From Deltaproteobacteria bacterium (GTDB taxonomy: Bacteria > Desulfobacterota > Binatia > HRBIN30 > JACQVA1): DNA of 64,000 nt. Position 1 is the first letter of the stretch, and each line of letters starts with the position of its first letter. The DNA lies in contig JACOST010000028.1 of the NCBI GenBank assembly GCA_016178705.1, forward strand, positions 4,951 through 68,950. Reading direction: 5' to 3'. The notes under the pieces were generated by a model, which saw nothing but the letters and a program-made list of their open reading frames with translations, did no database searches and was not told where the DNA came from. Positions 19,372-28,166 of this stretch are shown piece after piece. A program made the position numbers and the translations under genes.

Positions 19372-19397
19372 TGAACAGTGTTCAGTGGCGGGTGAAC
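19372..19397. promoter_or_regulatory. Candidate operator: palindrome TGAACAGTGTTCA plus a downstream GTGAAC half-site, ~70 bp upstream of the start of 17745..19304
   Basis: Seen in sequence. Paralogous arrangement to 24197..24223. Confidence 0.55.
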
Positions 19398-19413
19398 AGA
19401 TGCCGTTTGGTCG

Positions 19414-22400
19414 TCAGAACTGCCAGCGGATCGGCAACCGCGGATCGGGGCGGTAGCTGCAGTAGGTCCCGGTCTTGATGGTGGTGGCGAGGTAGCGCCC
19501 AAGGTGGGCATCGCCGTCGCTGATGCGCTTGATCGTGGTCTTGATGGCGCGGGTCACGTTCACCCGCGCACGTTCGGCATCGGCGGCGCGTGCGGAGCCG
19601 CGGTTACCCAAGCCTGCGCCGGCCGCCAGTTGGTCGGCGAACATCTCGATCTCTTCGCGCAGTTTGCTCGCGCGCCCGAGGTCGTTAAATCGAGTCGCCT
19701 CGTCCAATTGGTCGCGCAGGTCTTCGATGCGCTGCTTGTCGGTGGTGCGTGCGCGCCCTTCGATTGCTGTCGCTGATGCCGTCGCCGGCGCCGCTAAATC
19801 AGTGGCGTGGAACTCGCGGCCGGGATGCTGCAGCAGTTGGCTGAGACAGCGCAGCCCCTTGGAATCCTTGAGGCGCAACAGAGTCGCGCCGCTACCGACG
19901 CTCCAGTACTGTCCCTCGAAGTGAAAGAGGCCGCGCACGCTGTCGAGTTGGTTGTCCTTCGCAGGTGACTGCTGGTGGTCAGAACCCGCGTGCGGCTCGG
20001 GTTGCCTGCGTTTGCTCTGCGGGCTGATCGTCCGAGCGGAACGCACGAGCCGGAGGCCTCCGCTCGCCGCCGCAACCGGGATCGGCTCTTCCAGTTCAGC
20101 GACAGCATGATCGCCCTCGGTGCGTACATCCAAGGTGCGCAGCTGCATCGCGAGGCTGACCATGCCGAGCGCTTCCGCTGTCGCGAGTGCGTGCGCCGCC
20201 AGGTCGCGCGCGCGCAGATGATCGCCGACGCGGCCGCGCGTCAACAGCGCGCAAGTGTAGGCGTACTGCGTGCGAGCGAGCCATGGTGGGCCGTCCATGC
20301 GGGCGTTGCGCGCCAATGCATCCTCGAAGTGCCGCGCCGCATCGTCCCATCGTGCCATCGTCGCCGCGAGGATGCCGAGATAGTGAGTCGCGGCACCGAA
20401 GCTGACGCTGGCCGCGTAGGCAATGGTGCTATCGACGTAGGGGAGCAACAGATCGTACAAGATGGCCGCGCGTCGATTATCGCGCAGGTATGCGCAGACT
20501 TCGGACAAGTACGGCAACACGCCCAGACGGCGTTCGCGCTGGAGATCGGCAAACTCGTGGTGCGCGACCTGTTCGAACTCGTAGCGGGCTTCCGCCTCCT
20601 GGTCCAACTCGCGGTGGACAAGTGCGAGAAATGTGCGCGGCACAGGGCTGAAGGGATAGCGTTCGACGAACACGTGGAGCATCGGCAACTGTCCTTCCAG
20701 TTGGCGGAGCTCGCGCTGTGCCACGAATGCTTGCACGAGGGGGTTGAGCCGAATCTCGGCGCGCTCGGCGAGCGGCGTGGCTTCCTGCGCGAGGGCGATG
20801 GCCTCGGTCCACTGTCCGCGCCACAGCGCTCGCATTGCGCGCAGGTTCGCGCCCATCCAGCGGTAGCGCGAACGACCCAACGCGGCGGCGAGCGGAGGAT
20901 AGGTTGCCAGCTCGGCGTCCAAACGATCGCCGTCACCGCCGTTCATCAGATCGATCAGGCGCCACATGCGCCCTTGGATCGCCAGCTCGCGGTCGCCGAG
21001 GCGATCGCCGAGTTGCGTAATCTCGTCGGCGATGGTGAGCCGGTCGGCGAGGTAGTCCGACCGCCACAGCACGAAGTGCTGCGCACTCAGCACGTGCGCC
21101 AGCGTCACCGGGTCGGCAAGCTCGCGCGCCATCGCCAGCGCGTGTCCAACCAAGGTGATGCCGCGCTCTCGATCGGAGACCGCCAGTTCCGCTGCCAAGC
21201 GCGCCAGCAAGCGGGCGCGCACAGCGGTCGGATCGCTGCCGAGGCCGGCGAGCGCTTCTTCGATCAGGGCCGCGACGGTGGGATCGGCGATGGATTGCGG
21301 CGCGCCGACCCCGCGGTCGGCGAAGCCGAGGGCGGCGCGCGCGAGCAGCGCCGGCGCCGCTAGGCGTCGAGCGATGGTGGCGGCGTGCGCAAACGTCGCG
21401 CGCGCGTCTTGATCGCGCCCACTGCCGAGTTGCGCTTCGCCGAGTCCGAGGAGCACCTCGCACCCCGCGGCATCCGTTTGGGTGTCGGTGAGGGCGAGCG
21501 CTTCGAGGGCGCGCTCGAACTGAATGGCGGCCTCTTCGTACGCGAACAGCGCGGCGGCGCGCTCCCCGGCGCGCACCGCGTAGCTGATGGCCTGGTGCGG
21601 ATCGCCGAGCGGTGTCGCGTGGAGAAAATGGTGCGCGATCTCGGCGTAGTGGGGTGCGAGATCGGCTGCGTCGAGTCGCTCCAAAATCTCCGCGACCTGT
21701 TGATGCATGCGGGCACGTTCACTCGGCGACAGATCACTGTACAACGTCTCGCGGATCAGCGTGTGCTGGAAGCTGTACCGCGACGATGCTCCGGGGAGCG
21801 TGGTGACGATGGCATTCGTGGACGCCTCGCCCAACAGATCGAGGAGCTGCGCCGCCGGTCGTTCGCACATCGCTAGCAGTGGTGCGAAGTCGAACTCTCG
21901 CCCGAGTACTGCGGCGATGTTGAGAACACGACGGCAGGCCGGTGAGAGTGGGCGCAAGCGCTGGCGGATCGCGTCGCCGACACCGTGCGGAATGGGCAAT
22001 CCATCGGGCGGGATCTCGGACAACCGAGCGGCGTGTTGCACGACCAATGTGCGCACCACTTCGTCGATGAAGAGCGGATTGCCTTCCGTTGTCTGATGCA
22101 CGGCTGCGACCACCGCGCGCGATGGCGCCAGCGCGAAGCCAGCCGTAATGAAGCGCGCGACATCATCGGCCGACAAGCCGCCGAGCGGCACGCGATGTCC
22201 TTCGCGGGCAATCGCCGCCAGCGTCTGCGCACACTCCGGGCGCGACGGCATCTCGATGTCGCGATACGTCCCGGCGATCAGCAGGTGCGCATCGCGCAGC
22301 TCGCGGGCGATGAACTGGAGCAGCAGGAGCGACGGTTGATCGGACGCGTGGAGGTCGTCGAGGATGAGCACAAGTGGACGCGCCGCGCCCGCACGCTTGA

Positions 22401-22926
22401 GCAGCCCACCGACGGCGCCGAACTGAGCGAAGCGCGCGTGTTCGGACGATAGCGCGGGTGGTGTCGGCGCCGGAAGATCCGGTTGCCACTCGATCAACTC
22501 GGGCACCAATTGCGCGATCAGCCCGGCCGTATCGCCGAGCAATTCGGTGCGCGCGGCGGGACCACGATCCCGCAGCACAGCGCGAATGATCTGCACCCAC
22601 GGCCAGTATGCGGGCGCTCCGCCACCTTCCCAACAGCGGCCCCAGAGAACCTGCGCGCCGCGCCGGGCGGCTTCGGCGGTCAGTTCCTCCGCGAGTCGCG
22701 TCTTGCCGATGCCGGGCTCGCCGGCGATGAGGAACACCCGCCCGCGCCCTGCCGCGGCATCGGCCAGTCCGGAGTAGAGTTCAGTGAGTTCGCGCTCGCG
22801 GCCAACAAACGATCGCGCCGTGAGCCGATGGAGCGCCTGGTTTGATTCGTTTTCCACCGGTTGTCCCGCGGCGTGCACTACTCTCGCCGCGGTCGCCTGT
22901 GTAGGTGCGGCGGCCGGGTTGGTCAA
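19414..22926 (-). CDS. Large AAA(AAA_16-like)-TPR regulator with an uncharacterised conserved C-terminal domain (paralog 1)
   Basis: Walker A LIAGEPGIGKTRLAEEL. Walker B LVLILDDLH. Long TPR/helical region. C-terminal ~200 aa (FEGQYWSVGSGATLLRLKDSKGLRCLSQLLQHPGREFHATDL...TTIKTGTYCSY) matches no domain I recognise, but is conserved in the downstream paralog. Confidence 0.8.
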   Translation of the reverse strand: MTNPAAAPTQATAARVVHAAGQPVENESNQALHRLTARSFVGRERELTELYSGLADAAAGRGRVFLIAGEPGIGKTRLAEELTAEAARRGAQVLWGRCWEGGGAPAYWPWVQIIRAVLRDRGPAARTELLGDTAGLIAQLVPELIEWQPDLPAPTPPALSSEHARFAQFGAVGGLLKRAGAARPLVLILDDLHASDQPSLLLLQFIARELRDAHLLIAGTYRDIEMPSRPECAQTLAAIAREGHRVPLGGLSADDVARFITAGFALAPSRAVVAAVHQTTEGNPLFIDEVVRTLVVQHAARLSEIPPDGLPIPHGVGDAIRQRLRPLSPACRRVLNIAAVLGREFDFAPLLAMCERPAAQLLDLLGEASTNAIVTTLPGASSRYSFQHTLIRETLYSDLSPSERARMHQQVAEILERLDAADLAPHYAEIAHHFLHATPLGDPHQAISYAVRAGERAAALFAYEEAAIQFERALEALALTDTQTDAAGCEVLLGLGEAQLGSGRDQDARATFAHAATIARRLAAPALLARAALGFADRGVGAPQSIADPTVAALIEEALAGLGSDPTAVRARLLARLAAELAVSDRERGITLVGHALAMARELADPVTLAHVLSAQHFVLWRSDYLADRLTIADEITQLGDRLGDRELAIQGRMWRLIDLMNGGDGDRLDAELATYPPLAAALGRSRYRWMGANLRAMRALWRGQWTEAIALAQEATPLAERAEIRLNPLVQAFVAQRELRQLEGQLPMLHVFVERYPFSPVPRTFLALVHRELDQEAEARYEFEQVAHHEFADLQRERRLGVLPYLSEVCAYLRDNRRAAILYDLLLPYVDSTIAYAASVSFGAATHYLGILAATMARWDDAARHFEDALARNARMDGPPWLARTQYAYTCALLTRGRVGDHLRARDLAAHALATAEALGMVSLAMQLRTLDVRTEGDHAVAELEEPIPVAAASGGLRLVRSARTISPQSKRRQPEPHAGSDHQQSPAKDNQLDSVRGLFHFEGQYWSVGSGATLLRLKDSKGLRCLSQLLQHPGREFHATDLAAPATASATAIEGRARTTDKQRIEDLRDQLDEATRFNDLGRASKLREEIEMFADQLAAGAGLGNRGSARAADAERARVNVTRAIKTTIKRISDGDAHLGRYLATTIKTGTYCSYRPDPRLPIRWQF

Positions 22927-22972
22927 GAGACGCGAGTAGCAACAAGGAAGCGGGCAGGCGTAAACGAGAAGA

Positions 22973-22998
22973 GTCGGCCCGCCTTGCGGCGGGCCGAC
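22973..22998 (-). terminator. Putative intrinsic terminator downstream of the second dockerin-like gene
   Basis: Perfect hairpin gtcggcccgcc-ttgc-ggcgggccgac. On the minus strand it is followed by TCTTCTCGTTT. A second GC hairpin lies at 23006-23040. Confidence 0.45.
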
Positions 22999-23056
22999 CG
23001 GTTCGCGGCTCGGCGCACTTCGGGAGAGCGCGCCGAGCCGTGAATAGGAAGATTCG

Positions 23057-24160
23057 TCAGTCCTTCGTCAAAGCGATCGCGAGCGCCAGCGGATGAAAGG
23101 GATCGCTGAACGAAACCTTTGAATACTGGCCGGCCAGACCGCCGGGGAAGAGCGAGTTCATAGTGAGGTTCTCGTTCGAGCTCCCGCCCGTCTTGTTGTA
23201 GAAAAATGCCCGCGGGCTCGCCACGGTTGCAATCACCGATGCGGTCGAAAGGAGATTCTTCTTGAGATCGGTGATCTTCAACTGCCCGCTGACCACTTCA
23301 ACTTTGATCTGCACTTGCCGATGATCGTTGGTCAGGTCGTTGTCGGCGTGACCGCTCCACGTACCGATCAAGTCGGCCGCGATACCGGGCGGATTGATGA
23401 GGCCGGTGGTCGGCGTCGCCGTCTGCGTCGGCAGATTGGTGTGCGTCGGGACCGGAGTGTTGGTCGGTATCAGTGACGTTGGCGTGATGGTCGGCGTCGG
23501 TGTTTGCGTCGCCGTCGGCGGGTGTGTTCGCGTCGGCGTAGGAGTGCTGCCGTCGCCGGTGACGATCGAACCCGTGAACACGGTACCGTCCAGGTTGACG
23601 CTGAGTGACCCGCCGCCGTGGAGACCGGGGAACGTACCGCCGAGATGGACGTTGTGAGTGCCGTCGCCGTCGGTGAAGCTGCCGTCGATGCTAAACGTGC
23701 CATTGTCGAGGTCGACCGAGCCGCTCAGCGACACGATCGCGATCACTGCGGCCGCGTTGCCCTGATCGAAGAGCGACGCCGACGCGGCTGAACGGATCGT
23801 CATGGTGCCGGTGACTTGGCCGTTGCCTTGTGCGACCAGATTGATGATGCCGGTCTGGCCATTGGCGAGCGCGACGGTACCGTAGAACTGGCCGGTGAAC
23901 GGACACGTCCCCAAGGCGTTGTTGACGGCGAGCACTAGCTCTTCAACTGTGACAGACTGGTCGTTGTTACTGTCGAATTGGTTGCACTGGGTGACCAAGA
24001 TGCTGCCGAGAGCGATGTTGACGCCCTGCACCAGCTCTTCGACCGTGACGACTCCGTCACTGTTGCAATCCCCATCGCATCCGGCGGCCAGCGCGCGTGG
24101 GCCGGTTGCTGCCAGTCCCAGCGCGGCCAATACGATCAACGTCCCGAATCGCTTGATCAT
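23057..24160 (-). CDS. Secreted protein with an N-terminal dockerin/EF-hand-like repeat pair, a Gly-rich beta domain, a Thr/Pro linker and a different ~130-aa C-terminal domain (paralogous N-terminal half to 17745..19304)
   Basis: Signal peptide MIKRFGTLIVLAALGLAATG. CDGDCNSDGVVTVEEL and DSNNDQSVTVEEL repeats. TPTPTRTHPPTATQTPTPT linker. RBS GGGGAGGA. Confidence 0.75.
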   Translation of the reverse strand: MIKRFGTLIVLAALGLAATGPRALAAGCDGDCNSDGVVTVEELVQGVNIALGSILVTQCNQFDSNNDQSVTVEELVLAVNNALGTCPFTGQFYGTVALANGQTGIINLVAQGNGQVTGTMTIRSAASASLFDQGNAAAVIAIVSLSGSVDLDNGTFSIDGSFTDGDGTHNVHLGGTFPGLHGGGSLSVNLDGTVFTGSIVTGDGSTPTPTRTHPPTATQTPTPTITPTSLIPTNTPVPTHTNLPTQTATPTTGLINPPGIAADLIGTWSGHADNDLTNDHRQVQIKVEVVSGQLKITDLKKNLLSTASVIATVASPRAFFYNKTGGSSNENLTMNSLFPGGLAGQYSKVSFSDPFHPLALAIALTKD

Positions 24161-24196
24161 GATGATCCTCCCCAGTCGGGGGGGCGTAACAAATCG

Positions 24197-24223
24197 TTGA
24201 ACAGTGTTCAATTCGGTTGAACG
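24197..24223. promoter_or_regulatory. Candidate operator: perfect palindrome TTGAACAGTGTTCAA plus a downstream TTGAAC half-site, ~40 bp upstream of the start of 23057..24160
   Basis: Seen in sequence. Near-identical to the site at 19372..19397. Confidence 0.55.
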
Positions 24224-24310
24224 AATGAAAATTTTGGCTTGTAGGTGTGCAATCATCGCTCGCCATCTCGTGGCTTGCACAAGAAGAATTGAGCGATCTC
24301 CCCGCTCGTC

Positions 24311-24378
24311 ATTCCGGCGAAAGCCGGAATCCAGGCACGGACCCCACGCGTCGCCTGGATACCGGCCTTCGCCGGTAT
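24311..24378 (-). terminator. Two tandem hairpins downstream of regulator paralog 2
   Basis: attccggcgaaagccggaat at 24311-24330 and ataccggccttcgccggtat at 24359-24378. Confidence 0.35.
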
Positions 24379-24434
24379 GACGACCCACTGTGAAAGCGCG
24401 TTGAGCAGGGACAAACGCGCCCAAACAATTCCAG

Positions 24435-27400
24435 CTACAAGCGCCAGCTCTTCGGCCAACGTGGATCGGGTGTGTAGGAACAGAACGTGCCGGTCTTGAT
24501 GGTGGTGCTGAGATGCCGGCCCAACGCTGAATCGCCGTCGGCAATTCGTTTCAGCACCGCTTTGATGGCGCGGGTGACGTTGACGCGAGCGCGTTCGGTT
24601 GCCGATGGCCCGCTGCGTGTACGACCGTGCAGACCAACCGCCCGCGCGAGTTCGCGCGTCAGAAACTCGATCTCGTTTTGTGTGCTGGTAATCCGCCCGA
24701 GGTCGTTGAAGCGGGTGGCTTCTTCCAACTCTGCGCGAAGACTTTGCAACTGGCGCTTGTATGCCGCCCGTGCTTGCGGGTCCAGCAGTGCCCCAAGGTC
24801 GCCGAGATTGCCGGCGCGCAACCCGAGTTGTTGCCGTTGCTCGTCGCTGAGTTGGTCGATCTGCGCCGCGGCGGGAGTCACACTGTCGGGCTTGTGAGCG
24901 ATCAAGTCGAGCGCATGAAATTCCCGGCTTGGGTGGCGCAAGAGATGTGCGATGTAGCGCAGACCCTTGGTGTCCTTGAGGCGGAGTGGGGCCATCCCTT
25001 CGCCGACGGTCCAGAACTCCCCTTCCAGACGAAAGCTGCACTCGGCAGTCGTAGCGCCGGTGGTCGCCGGGGAATGCTGCGGTGGAGCCGCGGTGATGGC
25101 TCGCCCGCGGTGTTTCGCCGGGAAACTCAGCACGCGGCCGCGAGTGGAAGCGCCCGACGGCTCCGCATCGTGCAGCGCGGAGGCATCGCCGCTGGCGAGC
25201 GCGCGGGTGATCGGTTCGCGCTGCTGCGCCGATGACGGCTCCAGACGCGCTACGTCGGCCAATGCTTGCGCGCGCTCGGCGAGCGGCGTCATCCCCAACT
25301 CGCGCGCGGTGTCGTGGGCGTGCTGCAACAGATCGCGCGCGTGTTCGCGGGAATTCGCGGCACGGAGCGCGGGCCCCGCATCCACTAGCATGCGAGCGTA
25401 GGCGTACTCGGTGGCGGCCACCGCCGGCCGGCCTCCGGCGGCTAGACTGCGCGCGCGCGCATCTTCGAAGTGTTTCGCGGCCTCATCCCATCTCTCCAAG
25501 GTTGTGGCCAGGAGACCGAGGGCGTGGAAGCCCGGGCCGAAGCAGTGCCGCGGACCGAACGAGATGAAGCGCGAACCAAACCGGAACAGTCGCTCATACA
25601 GCAGGGCCGCCGCGTGGCGATCGCCGAAGTGCGCGCACAGCTCCGCCAACCACGGCAGCATCGGTAGGAGCGCGTTGGTGCGCACGAGATCGACGAAGTC
25701 GTCGGCCGCCAGGCGACCGTACTCGGCCCGGGCCTCGGCGTCGTGTCCCTGGTCGATCTGTATCAACGCCAGCGCGCAGCGGATGATCGGCACGTGCGGC
25801 ATCTGTTCGACCCCGCGCCGCGCGATCATTTCCGCGACCTCGTACTGGCCGAGCGCCCGCTTCGCCACGTAGGCCTGAAAGCCGACGCTGCCCAGCGCAG
25901 TGTCGTCGCGCACCCGCTCGGCGAGTGCGCCAATCTCTTGGCCAAGCGCGTCGCTTTCGGCGAAGCGCCCGAGCCACAGGGCACGCATCGCTCGCAGCAT
26001 GATGGTGTTGCTGAGGTAGCGGGGTTGGCGCAGCTCGTCGGCGAGTCGACTGCACGCGTCGAGTTCGCGTTCCCACTCGCCGCCACCCACTCCCATCTCA
26101 ATGACGTCGAGCAACCGCCAGGTGTGCGCTTGCAGTGCAAGCTCACGATCGTCGGCACTCTCGGCGAGCTGAATGCCCTCGTTGGCGAGGCTGAGCCGCT
26201 CGTCGACGTCGGGCGAATCCCACAGCGCGAAATGGCGCGCATTGACGGCGTAGGCCAAAGCCGCCGACTGGCCGCAGCGGCGCGCCATCTCGACCGCTTG
26301 CCGGCTCAGTGCGGCGCGCCGCTCCTCGGCGTCCGAGAAGTACAGTTCGGCCGCCAGCCGCGCCAGTATCCGTGCGCGCAGAGGATGGTCGTGCTCGGCC
26401 AACCGCACCAGCGCTTCTTCGAGCGCGGCCACCAGAACCGGGTCGACGACTCCACCGCGCGGCAGTCCGTGACCGATGCCGCCGAGCGCGAGCACCGCCC
26501 GCGCGAACGAGTCGGACGCATTCGCGTACCGTGCGCGCTCTGCCGCACGCAGAAACGTCTCCCGCGCCTCGCTGGTGTGCCAGGCGCGCGCCTGCGCGTT
26601 GCCCAACGCCAGCAGCAGCTCGAACTCCCGCTGGGGGTCTGGGGCCCCGAGGACGAGGGCGTCGAGAGTGCGTGTGTAGTGCGCTGCCGCGTCTTCGTAC
26701 GCCAACAAGTCCGCCGCGCGGCGCCCGGCGCGCTCACCGTAGGTGATGGCCTTGGTCAGGTCGCCGGCGGGCGCGGCCTGGAGAAAATGATGGGCGAGCT
26801 CGGCGACATGGGCGTCGGGGTCGGTGGCCGACAGCGTCTCCAACACCTCGCCGATGCGTTGGTGCAAACTCAAACGTTGTGCCGCCGGCAGATCGTCGTA
26901 CACGGTCTGCCGAATCAGCATGTGCGTAAAACTGTACCGAGTGGTGATCCCCGGTAGCTTGGTGACGATGCCCGCGGTGATCGCTTCGCTGAGGATGTCG
27001 AGGACGTCGGGTGCGGGCAGCTCGGACACCCGTTGCAGCGTCAGCAGATCGAAGTCGCGACCGATCACCGCGGCTATGCTCACCACGCGCTGACAGGTCG
27101 CCGACAGCGGTCGCAGCCGCTCGTGCGTGACTTCACGAATCCCGGCTGGAATCCTCAGGCGCTCCGCGGTCGCATCAGCGAGTGTCAGGTCGCGTCCTTC
27201 TGCCAGCAGCCAGCGCACGACTTCATCGACGAAAAATGGATTGCCGTCAGTGGTGCGGTGCAGGGTCGTGATGACCGCGGGCGGTGGCGCGATCACAAAC
27301 GTGCGTTGAATAAAATGAGCGACGTCGGGTTCGGGCCAGCCGCTGAGTGGTAGGCGGTGGCCGTTGCGGGCCACGTCGCTCAGCAGGCGCGCGCACTCAG

Positions 27401-28166
27401 GTTGACGTCGCACCTCGACCTCACGGTAGGTGCCGATCAGCAGCACTCGCGCGCTGCGCAGTTCCCGTGCGGCGAACTGCAGCAACAACAGCGACGGGTC
27501 ATCGGCCGCGTGCAGATCGTCGAGCAGGATCACGAGCGGCTGGTCCACTGCCACCCGCTGCAGGAACGTGGTCGTCGCATCGAACAACGGAAAGCGGGCC
27601 TGTTCGGACTCGATCGTCGACGCCTGCGATCCGGCCGGAATGCCGGCCACGCGCTGTCGCAGGTCGGGCACCAGGGACGCGATGCACGACGCCCCGCCGC
27701 CGAGATGGTGCGCAAGTGCGTGTGGATCACGGTCGCGGATCAACGCGCGCAGGATCTGGATCCACGGCCAAAAGGCCGGCGCGCCGCCGCCTTCCCAACA
27801 CCGGCCCCACAGCACCTGCGCGCCACCGGCGCTCGCCGTTGCGGCGAGTTCTTCCGCCAGCCGCGTCTTGCCGATGCCCGGCTCGCCGACGATGAGGAAG
27901 ACGCGGCCGCGCCCGTTCAGCGCGTCGTCGAGTCCGGTGCGTAGCTCTGTCAGCTCGCGGTCGCGGCCGACGAAGGCGCGCGTGCCCGGGCGATCGGGGT
28001 CGGCGCTGGTGGTTGTCTGCCGAGGGTCACTCACGTGGGGTTGGTTAGTACGTGATCGGACGCATACGTCAAGAGACGAATGCCCGAGTCGCCGACAATC
28101 GCGGACGCGCTGTCCGTGGTTTCGCTTTCGGCGGGCTCGCGCTAGGGATGCGAGCCACAGTGCCAC
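24435..28166 (-). CDS. Large AAA(AAA_16-like)-TPR regulator with the same uncharacterised C-terminal domain (paralog 2). The true start may be the in-frame GTG at ~28034
   Basis: LIVGEPGIGKTRLAEEL, LVILLDDLH and TPR region are collinear with paralog 1. The C-terminal FRLEGEFWTVGEGMAPLRLKDTKGLRYIAHLLRHPSREFHALDL...TTIKTGTFCSY matches paralog 1. Confidence 0.8.
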   Translation of the reverse strand: MALWLASLARARRKRNHGQRVRDCRRLGHSSLDVCVRSRTNQPHVSDPRQTTTSADPDRPGTRAFVGRDRELTELRTGLDDALNGRGRVFLIVGEPGIGKTRLAEELAATASAGGAQVLWGRCWEGGGAPAFWPWIQILRALIRDRDPHALAHHLGGGASCIASLVPDLRQRVAGIPAGSQASTIESEQARFPLFDATTTFLQRVAVDQPLVILLDDLHAADDPSLLLLQFAARELRSARVLLIGTYREVEVRRQPECARLLSDVARNGHRLPLSGWPEPDVAHFIQRTFVIAPPPAVITTLHRTTDGNPFFVDEVVRWLLAEGRDLTLADATAERLRIPAGIREVTHERLRPLSATCQRVVSIAAVIGRDFDLLTLQRVSELPAPDVLDILSEAITAGIVTKLPGITTRYSFTHMLIRQTVYDDLPAAQRLSLHQRIGEVLETLSATDPDAHVAELAHHFLQAAPAGDLTKAITYGERAGRRAADLLAYEDAAAHYTRTLDALVLGAPDPQREFELLLALGNAQARAWHTSEARETFLRAAERARYANASDSFARAVLALGGIGHGLPRGGVVDPVLVAALEEALVRLAEHDHPLRARILARLAAELYFSDAEERRAALSRQAVEMARRCGQSAALAYAVNARHFALWDSPDVDERLSLANEGIQLAESADDRELALQAHTWRLLDVIEMGVGGGEWERELDACSRLADELRQPRYLSNTIMLRAMRALWLGRFAESDALGQEIGALAERVRDDTALGSVGFQAYVAKRALGQYEVAEMIARRGVEQMPHVPIIRCALALIQIDQGHDAEARAEYGRLAADDFVDLVRTNALLPMLPWLAELCAHFGDRHAAALLYERLFRFGSRFISFGPRHCFGPGFHALGLLATTLERWDEAAKHFEDARARSLAAGGRPAVAATEYAYARMLVDAGPALRAANSREHARDLLQHAHDTARELGMTPLAERAQALADVARLEPSSAQQREPITRALASGDASALHDAEPSGASTRGRVLSFPAKHRGRAITAAPPQHSPATTGATTAECSFRLEGEFWTVGEGMAPLRLKDTKGLRYIAHLLRHPSREFHALDLIAHKPDSVTPAAAQIDQLSDEQRQQLGLRAGNLGDLGALLDPQARAAYKRQLQSLRAELEEATRFNDLGRITSTQNEIEFLTRELARAVGLHGRTRSGPSATERARVNVTRAIKAVLKRIADGDSALGRHLSTTIKTGTFCSYTPDPRWPKSWRL

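Noticed and set aside
19372-19384. Calling the TGAACAGTGTTCA palindromes definite LexA SOS boxes
   Set aside because: The core fits GAAC-N4-GTTC but the inner bases (AGTG) deviate from the Cheo/actinobacterial consensus. The downstream genes are secreted dockerin-like proteins rather than DNA-repair genes. It is kept as an alternative hypothesis only.
28034-28166. Regulator paralog 2 N-terminus as annotated from the first ATG (MALWLASLARARRKR...)
   Set aside because: This Arg-rich extension has no counterpart in paralog 1 and overlaps the divergent GT2 gene start. The in-frame GTG at ~28034 (VSDPRQ...) gives an N-terminus collinear with paralog 1, but there is no clear RBS, so the feature coordinates are left at the ORF limits with this caveat.
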